Origin: an uncultured Nitrososphaerales archaeon
GTDB lineage: Archaea; Thermoproteota; Nitrososphaeria; Nitrososphaerales; Nitrososphaeraceae
DNA: 64,000 nucleotides
Reading direction: 5' to 3'
NCBI GenBank assembly: GCA_963695855.1
Contig: CAVOHZ010000010.1
Coordinates: forward strand, 1,024,001-1,088,000
Below are positions 41,747 to 52,336 of this stretch, piece by piece. Below the pieces are notes generated by a model. That model was not told where the DNA came from. It saw only the letters and a list, made by a program, of their open reading frames with translations, and ran no database searches. The translations under genes were made by a program, and so were the position numbers. The first letter of the stretch is position 1. The number at the start of each line of letters is the position of its first letter.

Positions 41747-42949
41747 TTAATTTTTCAAAAGTGACAATATTTCATGTATAGAAGCATTTGTTTTAAAACC
41801 TGTAGGACGGAAGATTGTTCTTGATGCATTAAAACCAGATAAAGATAATTTTTCTATAATCTCCATTAATTTTATAGGACTGGTTCTAAGCATTGAACCA
41901 ATCTCATCCAATGAAAAATAATATGGAATATCATCTAATTCTTGAAAACTTGTTGTAAAAATTTTTTTTATTTGTCTGAAGAGGCGATTTGATTTGGAGT
42001 AATCTTGCTCAAGATAGATTTCATTAATTTTTGATAAAATTTTTTTATTGTATAGCTTGTCAATCCATAGCTGTCCAGCAACACTAGTTTTTACATTACA
42101 TATTTGACATTTGTCTGTTGTAGAAGGAGATGATTTGAATGTATTTCTATCACCACATTTAAAACAATGTTGAATGTATCCGATGTTAGAAAAAACATCA
42201 TTTGCTTGGTTTTTGCTAAAAGATAACTGCAGAAAAATTCGAAAATAGTGTCTATTTGAATGAGCAAAAACTGGTAATACTCTTATTCCTAATCTTGCTG
42301 CTTGTAAAGCTATTGAAGAAAGAAGAAGACGTGTAGCAACTTCATTGGAATAGGTATTATTCATAGAGATACCAGAATATTTTCTAAGACATACCTTTTG
42401 ATAGATTCCACTTAAAACTGCGGTATCAGTTGCAGTAACAGAAATCAATCCACCGTTTTCGATTGAACGCAAAACACAGTCAATAAACGGCGCTGGACTC
42501 CCGAATGGATCAAGGTCTATGATTGAAAATCGATCATGATGAAGAGAAGAATGGCGCGAGATCAGAAATTTGCATACTTCAGTTGTAGAAAAAAAACATT
42601 TGTCAAGTATTGAATTTAGAGCGGCTGATTCCTTTGCTATATCTATTGCTAGCTCGTTTACATCATTTATAAAAACACGTGAAACTTTTGGCACTTCGAC
42701 GGCTACCCTCAATCCTCTAGGTCCGATACCTCCCAAGGCATCAGCAAAAGTAATCTCTCCGTTATTATGATTATCTTCCAAAAAAGCATTATAAAGATAA
42801 ATCGAAATATCCCTATTCAATTCCGCTAAAGGATTGAAGAATGCAGGGTAATGTGGTGGGACTTTATCTTCCAATGATGATTTGGGTACGAGTAAATTGG
42901 TTTTTCCTTCCCTTATTAATTTTAAAGTTGCTGTAATAGCAGTATCCAT
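41747..42949 (-). CDS. trm1: tRNA (guanine-26-N2)-dimethyltransferase
   Basis: FFNP…NRDIS, IDLDPFGSP, VTATDTAVL and CxxC pairs. Confidence 0.95.
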   Translation of the reverse strand: MDTAITATLKLIREGKTNLLVPKSSLEDKVPPHYPAFFNPLAELNRDISIYLYNAFLEDNHNNGEITFADALGGIGPRGLRVAVEVPKVSRVFINDVNELAIDIAKESAALNSILDKCFFSTTEVCKFLISRHSSLHHDRFSIIDLDPFGSPAPFIDCVLRSIENGGLISVTATDTAVLSGIYQKVCLRKYSGISMNNTYSNEVATRLLLSSIALQAARLGIRVLPVFAHSNRHYFRIFLQLSFSKNQANDVFSNIGYIQHCFKCGDRNTFKSSPSTTDKCQICNVKTSVAGQLWIDKLYNKKILSKINEIYLEQDYSKSNRLFRQIKKIFTTSFQELDDIPYYFSLDEIGSMLRTSPIKLMEIIEKLSLSGFNASRTIFRPTGFKTNASIHEILSLLKN

Positions 42950-43065
42950 GTGCTTTGGTTTGCCAATAGAATTGTGATCTAATTGTTATATATAGTCAAT
43001 TTTATGTTATAAACTGTTTTCAGTAATTTTAAATTAATACACGAGTGATTGAAAGATAGTAATCA

Positions 43066-43731
43066 ATGCTGCTGTGTGGAGTGGATGAGGCGGGGAGAGG
43101 TTCAGTCATAGGTCCTCTTGTAGTAGCAGGAATCATGATAAAAAAGTGCAAAATGAAGAATCTAGCTGAAATTGGAGTGAGGGATTCAAAGAAACTAACA
43201 AGAAAAAAGAGAAATACTTTATTTTATGAAATTCTTGATATTGCTGAATTTACTTGTGTTTATAAGATTGGTCCTAAAGAGATAGATGAAAGTGTCCATC
43301 GAAACAATCTCAATAAACTGGAAGGAAGAGTCATGGCTAATATAATTAACCACTTGGAAGGAGATATTGCATATATAGATTCTTGTGACGTAAACATTAA
43401 AAGATACACAACGTTACTCAGATCACATTTAAATCCGTACAATAGTAATGTGAAGATTTTTGCTATGCATAAGGCTGATGTATTGAATATTGCAGTATCA
43501 GCTGCTTCAATAATTGCAAAGGTGATAAGAGACAAAGAGATAGAGAATCTTCAAGAACAGTTTCACAATATAAACATAGGCAGCGGATATCCTGCAGATA
43601 GAAGAACCATGAAATTCATTAACAATTTGATAGAAGAGAAAAATAATTTTCCAGATTTTATCAGAAGGTCTTGGAGCCCTGTAAAAAATATTTTAGAAAA
43701 GAAGCAGAAAAAAATTTATGATTTTTTTTGA
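43066..43731 (+). CDS. rnhB: Ribonuclease HII
   Basis: GVDEAGRG, DSKKL, VSAASIIAKV, GSGYPAD and a C-terminal PIP-like QKKIYDFF. Confidence 0.96.
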   Translation: MLLCGVDEAGRGSVIGPLVVAGIMIKKCKMKNLAEIGVRDSKKLTRKKRNTLFYEILDIAEFTCVYKIGPKEIDESVHRNNLNKLEGRVMANIINHLEGDIAYIDSCDVNIKRYTTLLRSHLNPYNSNVKIFAMHKADVLNIAVSAASIIAKVIRDKEIENLQEQFHNINIGSGYPADRRTMKFINNLIEEKNNFPDFIRRSWSPVKNILEKKQKKIYDFF

Positions 43732-44471
43732 TTGTAGGTTGCATGTATCAATCCATGATCCTTATCATAAGGATCGAGATTGATAATTTGTTCTATCTTA
43801 AATCCGCTATTTTCTAGTTTCTTTGCCTCCTGAAGAATAATTGATTTGGGATCTTGTGTAACATCGATGCTTCTGGCTTTAATAACCAGCAGAATTTTTC
43901 CCTTATCGTTTAGAAACATATTGCAATTATTTATTGCAATTTCTGTCTGATCAGGTTGGGCTATATCGCAATAAACAACATCAATCTCACCATAAGTAGA
44001 AAAATAAGAAGACGGTTTTCTAGCATCTTCGATAATTGGAATAATATTTTCTCTTTTATTAGCAACATTTTCAATGAGTTCTCTGGCTACGCGAATGGAC
44101 GACTCGATTGCAAAAACCACACCAGAGCTTCCTATTATATCAGAGATATGACTTACAGTAGTTCCTGTTGAAGCACCCAAATAAAGAACGTGTGATCCAT
44201 TCTCGATTGGCAGCTTCTTTAAACCTTTTAGAAGCGATGCCGCAAGTTTACTCCTATATGGATCCCAAAGTCGATACTCTTCCTTATCATATAGAACAAG
44301 TTTCTCGCCGTAAACGTTATCTCCTTTAACAAGATTTAGAGTAGCTAACTGTTTTTCCCCGGTAAAATTAACCCATCTATAACCATCAGCTAAGTCAACC
44401 TTCTTTGCTTTTTCGTAGGAAGAGTTATAGAGATTATTTTGATTATCATAATCATCACTTTTATCTTGCAT
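43716..44471 (-). CDS. flpA: Fibrillarin-like rRNA/tRNA 2'-O-methyltransferase
   Basis: VYGEKL, WDPYRSKLAA, LYLGASTGTTVSH and DIAQPDQ. Confidence 0.96.
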   Translation of the reverse strand: MQDKSDDYDNQNNLYNSSYEKAKKVDLADGYRWVNFTGEKQLATLNLVKGDNVYGEKLVLYDKEEYRLWDPYRSKLAASLLKGLKKLPIENGSHVLYLGASTGTTVSHISDIIGSSGVVFAIESSIRVARELIENVANKRENIIPIIEDARKPSSYFSTYGEIDVVYCDIAQPDQTEIAINNCNMFLNDKGKILLVIKARSIDVTQDPKSIILQEAKKLENSGFKIEQIINLDPYDKDHGLIHATYNQKKS

Positions 44472-44543
44472 ATAATAGAAGTGAAGGAGTCATTAATCAA
44501 TATATAGATATTTACTTTAAAAGAGGAACAGAAAGAAAAAATA

Positions 44544-45878
44544 TCAAAATCTATTTTTTCTTGAAAATTTTCTTTTATATTTTTTATCGAATTTACGACT
44601 TGTACTTCCACGTTCCCTTCCTCTACCATATCCTTCTCTGGCCCTGCTTTTGTTATAAGCAAATCGCATTTGTTCTCTTTTAAAGCTTTTTTGTTCGATC
44701 TTTGGTTCCTTATATTTTTCTTGAATCTCCGCAATTCTTTTATTTAATTGATCCAAAAGAGCTGGATCTTTTTCGCCTTTTCTAAAAAAATCTATCCTTG
44801 CTGCTATAGCAATTTTTGAGGCTAATGTTCGTGCCAATTTTCCTCTTTGCCATTTTGGTGCAGAATGCAGGACAGGGTGTTGAAAGATAAGTCCGTGTTT
44901 TGGTGGGGGAGCACCTGTTTTTATAGATCTGAAGAGTGCTTTTTCAGCTCCCAAGATCTGTATAGTACTCGATGAAAGTGTGGAGAGTTTGGATAAACTT
45001 CCAGATTTTGCAATCAATCTAGCTCCTACTGTAGCAGTCAACATTTCTTTTACATTTGGAGCAATCTTTTCCATAGATTCGTCTATAAGATTTACTAAAA
45101 CTCTTCTTAGCTCAGTTTGCATGATCACTTCATCAGCAAGTTTTTTTATTATGGTCATGTTTTCTTCCAAAATATCTCCTCCTTTACTTCTTTGAGCTGC
45201 TGAAACTATGATATCAGATTTTTTTTTCTCTAATCCAATTTTTTCAAGCATCTCGGAATTAATGATTTTTCTATCACCTGCAAGGCGCACTATTTCAGCG
45301 TAGGTAAAGATATTTTGTATAAGATTATCGAGTTCAGGAAAGTGCAATCCGTACCATTCACGCAATCGCGAACCAATAGTGTTAATTATTTTATCTAATT
45401 CATCAAGAGCATTAATTGACTGACTGATATGTAGATCCAGTTTTTCTGATATTCGTTTTACCTTATTAGATGAAAGGTCCAACGCAAATCTACGCAACTG
45501 GGAATGAGCTTCTAGTTCATTTTTTGCAAAACCTGCGCTAACTAGATACCTCATCTTATTTCTGGTAATTTCTTTGATTTTTTCTTGTGACATCATGTAA
45601 ATTGGAATACTGCTATTGCGAAGATAAGACACTAGACCGATGTCATTACAGAATACTGAATCGTAACTTCTTAGCTTATCAGAGATATCTGATATTTCCG
45701 AATAATCTCCATTTGAAATCAAAATATGAGATAAAACTGGATCAGTGAATTTTTTTGAAAATAAGAGTCTGTCAGCTGAGAAGCTGCTAGTATTATCGTT
45801 ATTCGTATTACCAATACTAGCATCATCAAGAATAAATGGTCCTAATTCAGATAAGACCAGAATACAGTTAATTGGCAT
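44544..45878 (-). CDS. nop5: C/D box RNP protein Nop5 (Nop56/58)
   Basis: RLREWYGLHFPEL, STIQILGAEKALF and PPKHGLIFQHP. Confidence 0.96.
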   Translation of the reverse strand: MPINCILVLSELGPFILDDASIGNTNNDNTSSFSADRLLFSKKFTDPVLSHILISNGDYSEISDISDKLRSYDSVFCNDIGLVSYLRNSSIPIYMMSQEKIKEITRNKMRYLVSAGFAKNELEAHSQLRRFALDLSSNKVKRISEKLDLHISQSINALDELDKIINTIGSRLREWYGLHFPELDNLIQNIFTYAEIVRLAGDRKIINSEMLEKIGLEKKKSDIIVSAAQRSKGGDILEENMTIIKKLADEVIMQTELRRVLVNLIDESMEKIAPNVKEMLTATVGARLIAKSGSLSKLSTLSSSTIQILGAEKALFRSIKTGAPPPKHGLIFQHPVLHSAPKWQRGKLARTLASKIAIAARIDFFRKGEKDPALLDQLNKRIAEIQEKYKEPKIEQKSFKREQMRFAYNKSRAREGYGRGRERGSTSRKFDKKYKRKFSRKNRF

Positions 45879-45997
45879 TACAGAATTATCAATTACAAAG
45901 CCATTAAAAAATATGTCTTTGGTTGAAGTAGGTTTTTATGAAGCTTGATAGATATCAATAAATAGCAAAATTTGCCATTTTAGTTAGATAAATAAAC

Positions 45998-46477
45998 TTG
46001 TTTTTTAGTTTTATGAAGAAGAAATCAAAAAATAAAGGTGCTGACAGTAAGGAAAAAGAGAAATTCCAAAGAAATGTCATTCTCACAAGACAAGTTGCTG
46101 ATGGAATAATAACATATTCAAAAACTTATCACCCTAATGAGGGAATACTGATCTTGCAGGGAAAAAGTAAGAGGTCAGGAGAAATCCGGATTGATGGACT
46201 TGTTGTGCCACCATTTTCATCTCACGGACCATATTATTCTGGATTTCCAACTAATGAGTTACCTATGGATTTATCATATATCGGTACTGCACATTCCCAT
46301 CCAGGAGGTTCTAATAGACCTTCATTAGAGGACCTGAATCATTTTTTCGGATTGGTATCCATCATCATTAATTTTCCATATGATTACAAGACGATAGCAG
46401 CATACGACAGAAATGGAAATAGTGTCAATTTGATTATAGATGATTCTTATGCAAGAGAAGTAAAAGAGAAGAAATGA
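45998..46477 (+). CDS. JAMM/MPN+ metalloprotease
   Basis: HPNEG and the intact motif HSHPGGSNRPSLEDL. Confidence 0.9.
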   Translation: MFFSFMKKKSKNKGADSKEKEKFQRNVILTRQVADGIITYSKTYHPNEGILILQGKSKRSGEIRIDGLVVPPFSSHGPYYSGFPTNELPMDLSYIGTAHSHPGGSNRPSLEDLNHFFGLVSIIINFPYDYKTIAAYDRNGNSVNLIIDDSYAREVKEKK

Positions 46478-46542
46478 AATGAAAATGAACTGGTTAAGAT
46501 TTCTAAAAATTTATGTAACAGATTCAAAAAATATAAAATATC

Positions 46543-46866
46543 ATGAATTTAGAACAATTACGAGATAAGGCATTCTTTCAAAATACAATAGATGTATGGA
46601 TAATGCTATGTCACGAAAAAGATCAAGACTCTTATGATACTGCAAAATATATCGAATTCATAAACTATCTTAGTGATAGTGGAATAAAGATGCAAAAGTT
46701 TCCCTTGTGTATAAAGGAATCTGGAGGAATGTATGAGAGAGGAATAGACAAAGTAAAATTTCTAGATGCCCTGTCAAAAATTTATTCTGAAGACGCAGCC
46801 GCTTATACCATCAAGCTAAGCTCAAGTAATATTGCAACATTGAGAAAATTTTTTGAAAGAACGTAA
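46543..46866 (+). CDS. Hypothetical protein
   Basis: 107-aa ORF with typical composition and an upstream TATA (TATAAA). No family recognised. Confidence 0.7.
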   Translation: MNLEQLRDKAFFQNTIDVWIMLCHEKDQDSYDTAKYIEFINYLSDSGIKMQKFPLCIKESGGMYERGIDKVKFLDALSKIYSEDAAAYTIKLSSSNIATLRKFFERT

Positions 46867-47761
46867 TTTCGTTAGCGATATAACGTAAATATGATCAATC
46901 TGCATCTGTTTTTTTATTCTGTCTTTTTTGATCTAAAATCTCTAAAACGTATAAAGTAGGGTACAATAAAGTTGATAATGTTTAGACGTAATACACAGTT
47001 TTATGTTTCGTCATATATGTCATTCCGTTGGGAACGAGGATACATTGAATAATGTTATGACTGTGTAGGTTGGTTACTTAGTTAAAATATTTTAATACGT
47101 CTTTAAATTTCCAATATAATTTTCATTTGAATAAATGGATAGTATCTTCATTATAGAAGTATTTTCCTTATGATATATGCAAAAGCAACATCCTACCGAA
47201 AAATTTCAGAAACCTTTATAGTTAATGACATAGTCTTCGAATATTCGGAAACTTATTACTTTACTATCTCCATATTTTAATTCGTTAGCCAGCTAGAATA
47301 ATATTATAGACAGATTGGGGTTCAAAATTTATTAAAATGGATTAGTTACATATCGTTGGACATTCTGTACGTATGAAAAAGGATTGTTAGTAGATTTGGT
47401 TACATTATTATCACAAATTTTAAGTCCTTCATCAAATTCTTCATATAATCGAGACTAAATTTACTTTCACTGTTTGTAAATTTGTTTCCAATATTGAAAT
47501 CTGTGAGGGTTTTAATTTGAGTGTATTCTATTCTGGGGTTAACCTTATTATTAATTACATTCTGGTTTTCATCATTAAAAGTACTTTGGGGATTATCCAT
47601 TGTACGAAGGCAAAAGAACCACAAGAGGAGGTATATTGATTACAATAGTGGGCTCCAGTCAGAGTAGGGATAATCTACTCTTCTGTTATTAAACATAGAT
47701 CATCCTAGACAGACGCCTTATAAAAATTTATAAAAGATGAAACAATCAAGAAATAAGGGTT

Positions 47762-48949
47762 TTATGGTGTTGATGCGGGTGTTGGTGATTTTGCCTGTGC
47801 CATTTTCATATTGATTGTCTCTATTAATTGAGGTGTTTTTGGATCTTTCGGATTAAGGGATAATGCATGTTCGAGAAACTGTTTTGCTTCTGGAAATTTG
47901 TCTAAATCATAGTACACTTTACCCTTATTGAACCATGGTTTGTCCCATTTAGGCTCTAAGGATATTGCTTTATCAAAAGCAGAAAGTGCTTCTTCAAATT
48001 TTGCGAGTTTATACAAAACCCAACCCTTACTATTCCATGGTTTTGACCAAGTTGGATCCAACTTTATAGCCTCATCAAAGGCTGCCACTGCTTCATCATT
48101 CTTGTCCAGTTTATGTAGTGTCCACCCTTTACTATTCCACGGATTTGCCCATTTAGGATCCAGAGAAATCAATTTATCGTACACAGCAAGAGATTCATCA
48201 AAACGTCCCAGTTTATAGAGCGCTTCTCCCTTATCAATCCAAACATTTATCCAATAAGGCAATAATAAAATCTGGGTTTTATCTAAGGATTTTATCCGTT
48301 CATCCAAATTTCCAAGAAGTGATATTGCCTTGTCATAAGATTCAATAGCACCAGAATAATTTCCTAATTTAAATAATGTATTTCCTTTATTCAGATACGG
48401 GGCTGGCCAATTGGGGTCTAGAGAGATGGCCTTATTATAGAATGCAATTGCATTGGTAAAATTCTTTTGTTTAAAAAAAATATTTCCTTTATCCATTAAA
48501 GGAGCTGCCCAATTGGGGTCTAATGATATGGCTTTATCAAGTTGTTCATGAGCACCTTTAGAATTACCCTGTTTAGAAATAGCATTCCCTTTATTCAGAT
48601 ATGGCGCTACCCAATTAGGGTCTAGAGAGATGGCCTTATTATAAAGTTCAATAGCTTTAATTGGATTACTTAACAGCAGTTTATTTGCGGCTTCAAATGA
48701 GGATTTTGCCTCTTGGCTAGTTGTATTGAATTTATCCTTTATCTTTGTTGTGGCATCACTATCGGAGATAAATGAAATAATTTGAGCATATGATTCATTA
48801 TTGGAGAAGTAGTCTGTAGAAAAGAGAAAAACTGTTAATATAATTAAAAAAAAGCTTGAAAGATAAACAGATGAGCTGGATTTAACAAAAATATAAAGAT
48901 ACTTGTTATCTTTAGCTTTATTCATCTTCAAATCATGTTGATCTGTCAC
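47762..48949 (-). CDS. Secreted or membrane-anchored tetratricopeptide-repeat protein
   Basis: An N-terminal hydrophobic segment precedes repeated 34-aa units (KAISLDPNW.APYLNKG / PWNSKGW). Confidence 0.92.
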   Translation of the reverse strand: MTDQHDLKMNKAKDNKYLYIFVKSSSSVYLSSFFLIILTVFLFSTDYFSNNESYAQIISFISDSDATTKIKDKFNTTSQEAKSSFEAANKLLLSNPIKAIELYNKAISLDPNWVAPYLNKGNAISKQGNSKGAHEQLDKAISLDPNWAAPLMDKGNIFFKQKNFTNAIAFYNKAISLDPNWPAPYLNKGNTLFKLGNYSGAIESYDKAISLLGNLDERIKSLDKTQILLLPYWINVWIDKGEALYKLGRFDESLAVYDKLISLDPKWANPWNSKGWTLHKLDKNDEAVAAFDEAIKLDPTWSKPWNSKGWVLYKLAKFEEALSAFDKAISLEPKWDKPWFNKGKVYYDLDKFPEAKQFLEHALSLNPKDPKTPQLIETINMKMAQAKSPTPASTP

Positions 48950-49058
48950 TCATAAATCTTTTTTTTATTCTCTAAATATAGATAACGTTAATAGCAAAGT
49001 ACAAGATTCGTTAACCAATGTCTTATAATCAATTTTGGTATTTGTAATACCATCATGA

Positions 49059-50663
49059 TCATTGTTTTTTCATTTTTGGATTAAATATGGATTCAAAAGT
49101 ATTTCCTATAAGGACGAATGCTAGTCCGGTTAACGCTATTAACATACCAGGAGGTATCAACCACCACCATAATCCCCTTGATGCCGCAGAGGCCAGATGC
49201 GCTTCGTGTAGAATTTGACCCCAGGTAGGAACTGAGGGGTCTCCAAGTCCTATAAAACTAAGGGATGCTTCTGCCAAGATAGCCCCTGGGACAGATATCG
49301 CAATACTTGCAAAAGTCAGTGGCAGAAGCTGTGGTATAATATGTTTAAAAATAATTTTAATGTCAGATTGACCCATCAGTTTAGCTGCTTCTATATACTG
49401 AAAATTCTTTATTTGCAATGCTAGACTTCGCGATATCTTTGCAGTTCCCATCCAACCAAAGAAGATAAGAAATAGTACTATGATAAAGATATTTCGTCCT
49501 ACAATAATTGACAAAATAATAAGAAGAGGAAGGGTAGGTAATGAATAAAATATATCGTTAATACGCATTAAACCTTCATCTGTTCTCCTTCCCTTATAAC
49601 CAGAAATAACCCCGTAGACAAGGCCTATGAGAATAGAAATACTGGATACAGAAAGCCCGATGAAAAGAGCTATTGGCGTTCCCCATAATAATCCAATAGC
49701 AAGGTCTCGCCTCATTTCATCTGTACCTATTATACCAAACCTTTTACCTCCTAGGATGAGTTTTGTTTCTAATATCTTGTCTTCATCGTTAAAAAGATAG
49801 AATTTTACATTGAATATATATTCACCTTTCAAAATTGAATTTTTTGTTAATTCAGAAAAGAGCATGAGTTGAGGTCTTTTTGGATCCTGGATGTAATTGT
49901 ACATGTTCAAATAATTTAGTAGTTTTTGGTGAATTGCATCATCAGTTGAAAATAATCTTCCATAGGTAATCTTATTGATCGACCCTGTCATTGTTGACAT
50001 AATTGAGTCGAAATAAATTTCAAATGTGGTACCGTCTGGTCTCGTTACTTCTACATCCATGGCTGGGGGAACTTCTCCTTTTGATAAAGAGTAAGTGATC
50101 ATAAAATCGGTCGGAGATACTGTCGAAAGATAGTCAGTTTTGTATGAATGGGTTATCACTTTGATACCGTGTTCTTGTGTCTCTGAAATGGTTGCCATAT
50201 TTTGGTCATCCTTGTCTAGAGTGGTTAGTGATGATTTTGGTGATGTGGAAGATAAAGGTGATGAAGAAGAAAGGATCATGTGTTCTGGACTTTTTTCCCC
50301 AAATAATCCTAGACTACTCCATATTGGAGCTGCAATTTTCGGATTATCTATCCAGAATGTCGGATTATTCCATTCTTTGAATGAATCAAATGGTATGAAT
50401 AGAACAGCGTAGACAGTAAGAGAGATGAGAAAAATCAGGATAACCACACCAGCGATCCCAGTTTTGTGACTCTTAAACTCTGATATAACTTCAATGTATT
50501 TCTTTGCGTTGTTTATTTTGTTATGTTTTTTCTGTTCTGAGTATGCCCTGTCTATTTTGCCTACATCATCAAAATCTGCTTTATCTATTTTTTCTTTTCT
50601 CAATATTTGTTCCTCATCTATAGAATTAGTTTTTTTTCTGTTATTATCATGATCGTTATTCAT
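49059..50663 (-). CDS. Peptide/nickel ABC transporter permease (OppC/DppC-like) with a large extracellular insertion
   Basis: GTDEMRRD, the EAA motif YIEAAKLMG, and EASLSFIGLG. Confidence 0.92.
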   Translation of the reverse strand: MNNDHDNNRKKTNSIDEEQILRKEKIDKADFDDVGKIDRAYSEQKKHNKINNAKKYIEVISEFKSHKTGIAGVVILIFLISLTVYAVLFIPFDSFKEWNNPTFWIDNPKIAAPIWSSLGLFGEKSPEHMILSSSSPLSSTSPKSSLTTLDKDDQNMATISETQEHGIKVITHSYKTDYLSTVSPTDFMITYSLSKGEVPPAMDVEVTRPDGTTFEIYFDSIMSTMTGSINKITYGRLFSTDDAIHQKLLNYLNMYNYIQDPKRPQLMLFSELTKNSILKGEYIFNVKFYLFNDEDKILETKLILGGKRFGIIGTDEMRRDLAIGLLWGTPIALFIGLSVSSISILIGLVYGVISGYKGRRTDEGLMRINDIFYSLPTLPLLIILSIIVGRNIFIIVLFLIFFGWMGTAKISRSLALQIKNFQYIEAAKLMGQSDIKIIFKHIIPQLLPLTFASIAISVPGAILAEASLSFIGLGDPSVPTWGQILHEAHLASAASRGLWWWLIPPGMLIALTGLAFVLIGNTFESIFNPKMKKQ

Positions 50664-51774
50664 TCAGCTTCACTCTTGGGTCAAAATATGCATATATAAT
50701 GTCTACAGAGAAGATAGTTAATAGAAAAATTAGCGATGAGATGTAAGTTAATCCTATAATTACCGGTACATCCATCAACCCTATAGCATCAAAATATAAT
50801 TTTCCCATTCCAGGCCAATCAAATACTGCTTCCACTGTAAAAGCACCGCCGAAGGAACCAGCAAGCCCTAGTGCAATTATTGTAATAATCGGAGGCGCTG
50901 CATTTTTTAGAGCATGTGAATATATTATTTTTTTCCGGGGGATCCCCATTGCAAATTGTGCTCTTATATAGTCTTCATTTAGAATTCCAGAAACTATATA
51001 TCTAATAATAAATGCCAAAGATCCAAAACCAAGGATCACCATAGTAATTAATGGAAGAATCATGTGATACAAAAGATCAAAGATGTAGATGGGATCATCG
51101 GGAGAGGTAACAGGCGTTGAACGAGCAGGAAAAATATCAAGAGAAAAAGCAAAGATAAAGATCATAATCATTCCAAACCACCAAACAGGAACACTGTTAC
51201 TAAAGACTGCAAAAATAGAATTTATTTGATCTAGTTTGGATCTTGCTCGATCAGCCAAATATGTTCCCAGATAGACACCTATTACTGCCACGATGATAGT
51301 TGTTGTGGTAAATAACAAGAGAGTTTTTGGAATTTTTTCTATTATGATGTCCTTTATGTAGGAAGAACCTGAATCGGCTACGAAGTAATTTGACTTACCA
51401 AGATCTAAGAACATTACCTTAAATAAAGTATTGAAAAATCTATTTGGAGAATACCAGGGTTGATCAAGTCCGAGGTTTTTTATTTGCAGATTTATCTGGT
51501 TATCAATATATTTTTGACGTTCTGCAAGATCGTTAAACTTTATTTTTTGATTGTTCAAACTATCTATAACATTAAACTTTACGGACTCCCGTATAATATC
51601 GTCCATTGCAGGTCCTAAAAGCGAGATCGTTAATACAAGAATAGAAAATAAAACTATGAAAATGTTAATGATCCTTTTGAATAAAAAAAACAAGAATCCA
51701 CACATAAGTAAAAAAAAGTAAAAGATAAAGAGTATATTAATACTATTATTATTGAAGTTTAGATCTCGAATCAA
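50656..51774 (-). CDS. Peptide/nickel ABC transporter permease (OppB/DppB-like)
   Basis: DLGKS, EDYIR, HALKNA and VEAVFDWPGMG. The start codon is uncertain. Confidence 0.92.
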   Translation of the reverse strand: MIRDLNFNNNSINILFIFYFFLLMCGFLFFLFKRIINIFIVLFSILVLTISLLGPAMDDIIRESVKFNVIDSLNNQKIKFNDLAERQKYIDNQINLQIKNLGLDQPWYSPNRFFNTLFKVMFLDLGKSNYFVADSGSSYIKDIIIEKIPKTLLLFTTTTIIVAVIGVYLGTYLADRARSKLDQINSIFAVFSNSVPVWWFGMIMIFIFAFSLDIFPARSTPVTSPDDPIYIFDLLYHMILPLITMVILGFGSLAFIIRYIVSGILNEDYIRAQFAMGIPRKKIIYSHALKNAAPPIITIIALGLAGSFGGAFTVEAVFDWPGMGKLYFDAIGLMDVPVIIGLTYISSLIFLLTIFSVDIIYAYFDPRVKLNE

Positions 51775-51801
51775 ATAATAAAAAAATATCTAAAATATCT
51801 G

Positions 51802-51998
51802 ATGGTGGGGGTAAAAACAATACCGAATGAGTCCAAATATTTATCCTCCTTTGTAGATGTACTGAGTACTAGTCTAACCTTGCTATACTCGCCTGGTAAG
51901 TTCAGGCAATCAATAGAGAGTATTTGGTTTTCTCTTAAATGGCGTCTCTAACTCGCCTAGAATATCTATATCTAGTTGAGGCATAATTTTCCAACCAT
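51802..51998. other. Candidate structured non-coding element (ncRNA or IS-end remnant)
   Basis: The segment is GC-richer than its flanks and has nested complementarities: ATGGTGG/CCAACCAT termini, CCAAATAT/GTATTTGG, GCCTG/CAGGC and CTAGA/TCTAG. ACTCGCCT occurs twice. Confidence 0.35.
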
Positions 51999-52336
51999 AA
52001 AAAAAGAATGAGATGAGAAAAGAGAATCAGAATTTATGTCTTCATCAAACTTATTATTCTAAAGAAATCAAAAATGAAATTATAGAAAGCACAAATATTG
52101 AATAGCATATAGAAGAAAAAGAAGTCTGTAAGAGAGATAGAAATCAAATGGTAACGTTAGTTATAGAGAGAACACATTTGAGGATTAATTGACTCTGAAT
52201 TACTTACAACATATGAGAAGAAAAGATGTACCATTGTATTCTGCAACTACCAAGTAAATAATTAGAAATCAAGATAATTTTGGCATAGATGCTAACAAAT
52301 TATTTTTTTCTCGAATTCACGACTTTAATCAGATAG

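Noticed and set aside
47661-47681. Hairpin AGAGTAGG-GATAA-TCTACTCT downstream of the TPR gene
   Set aside because: It is a single short stem with no further support as a terminator or RNA gene.
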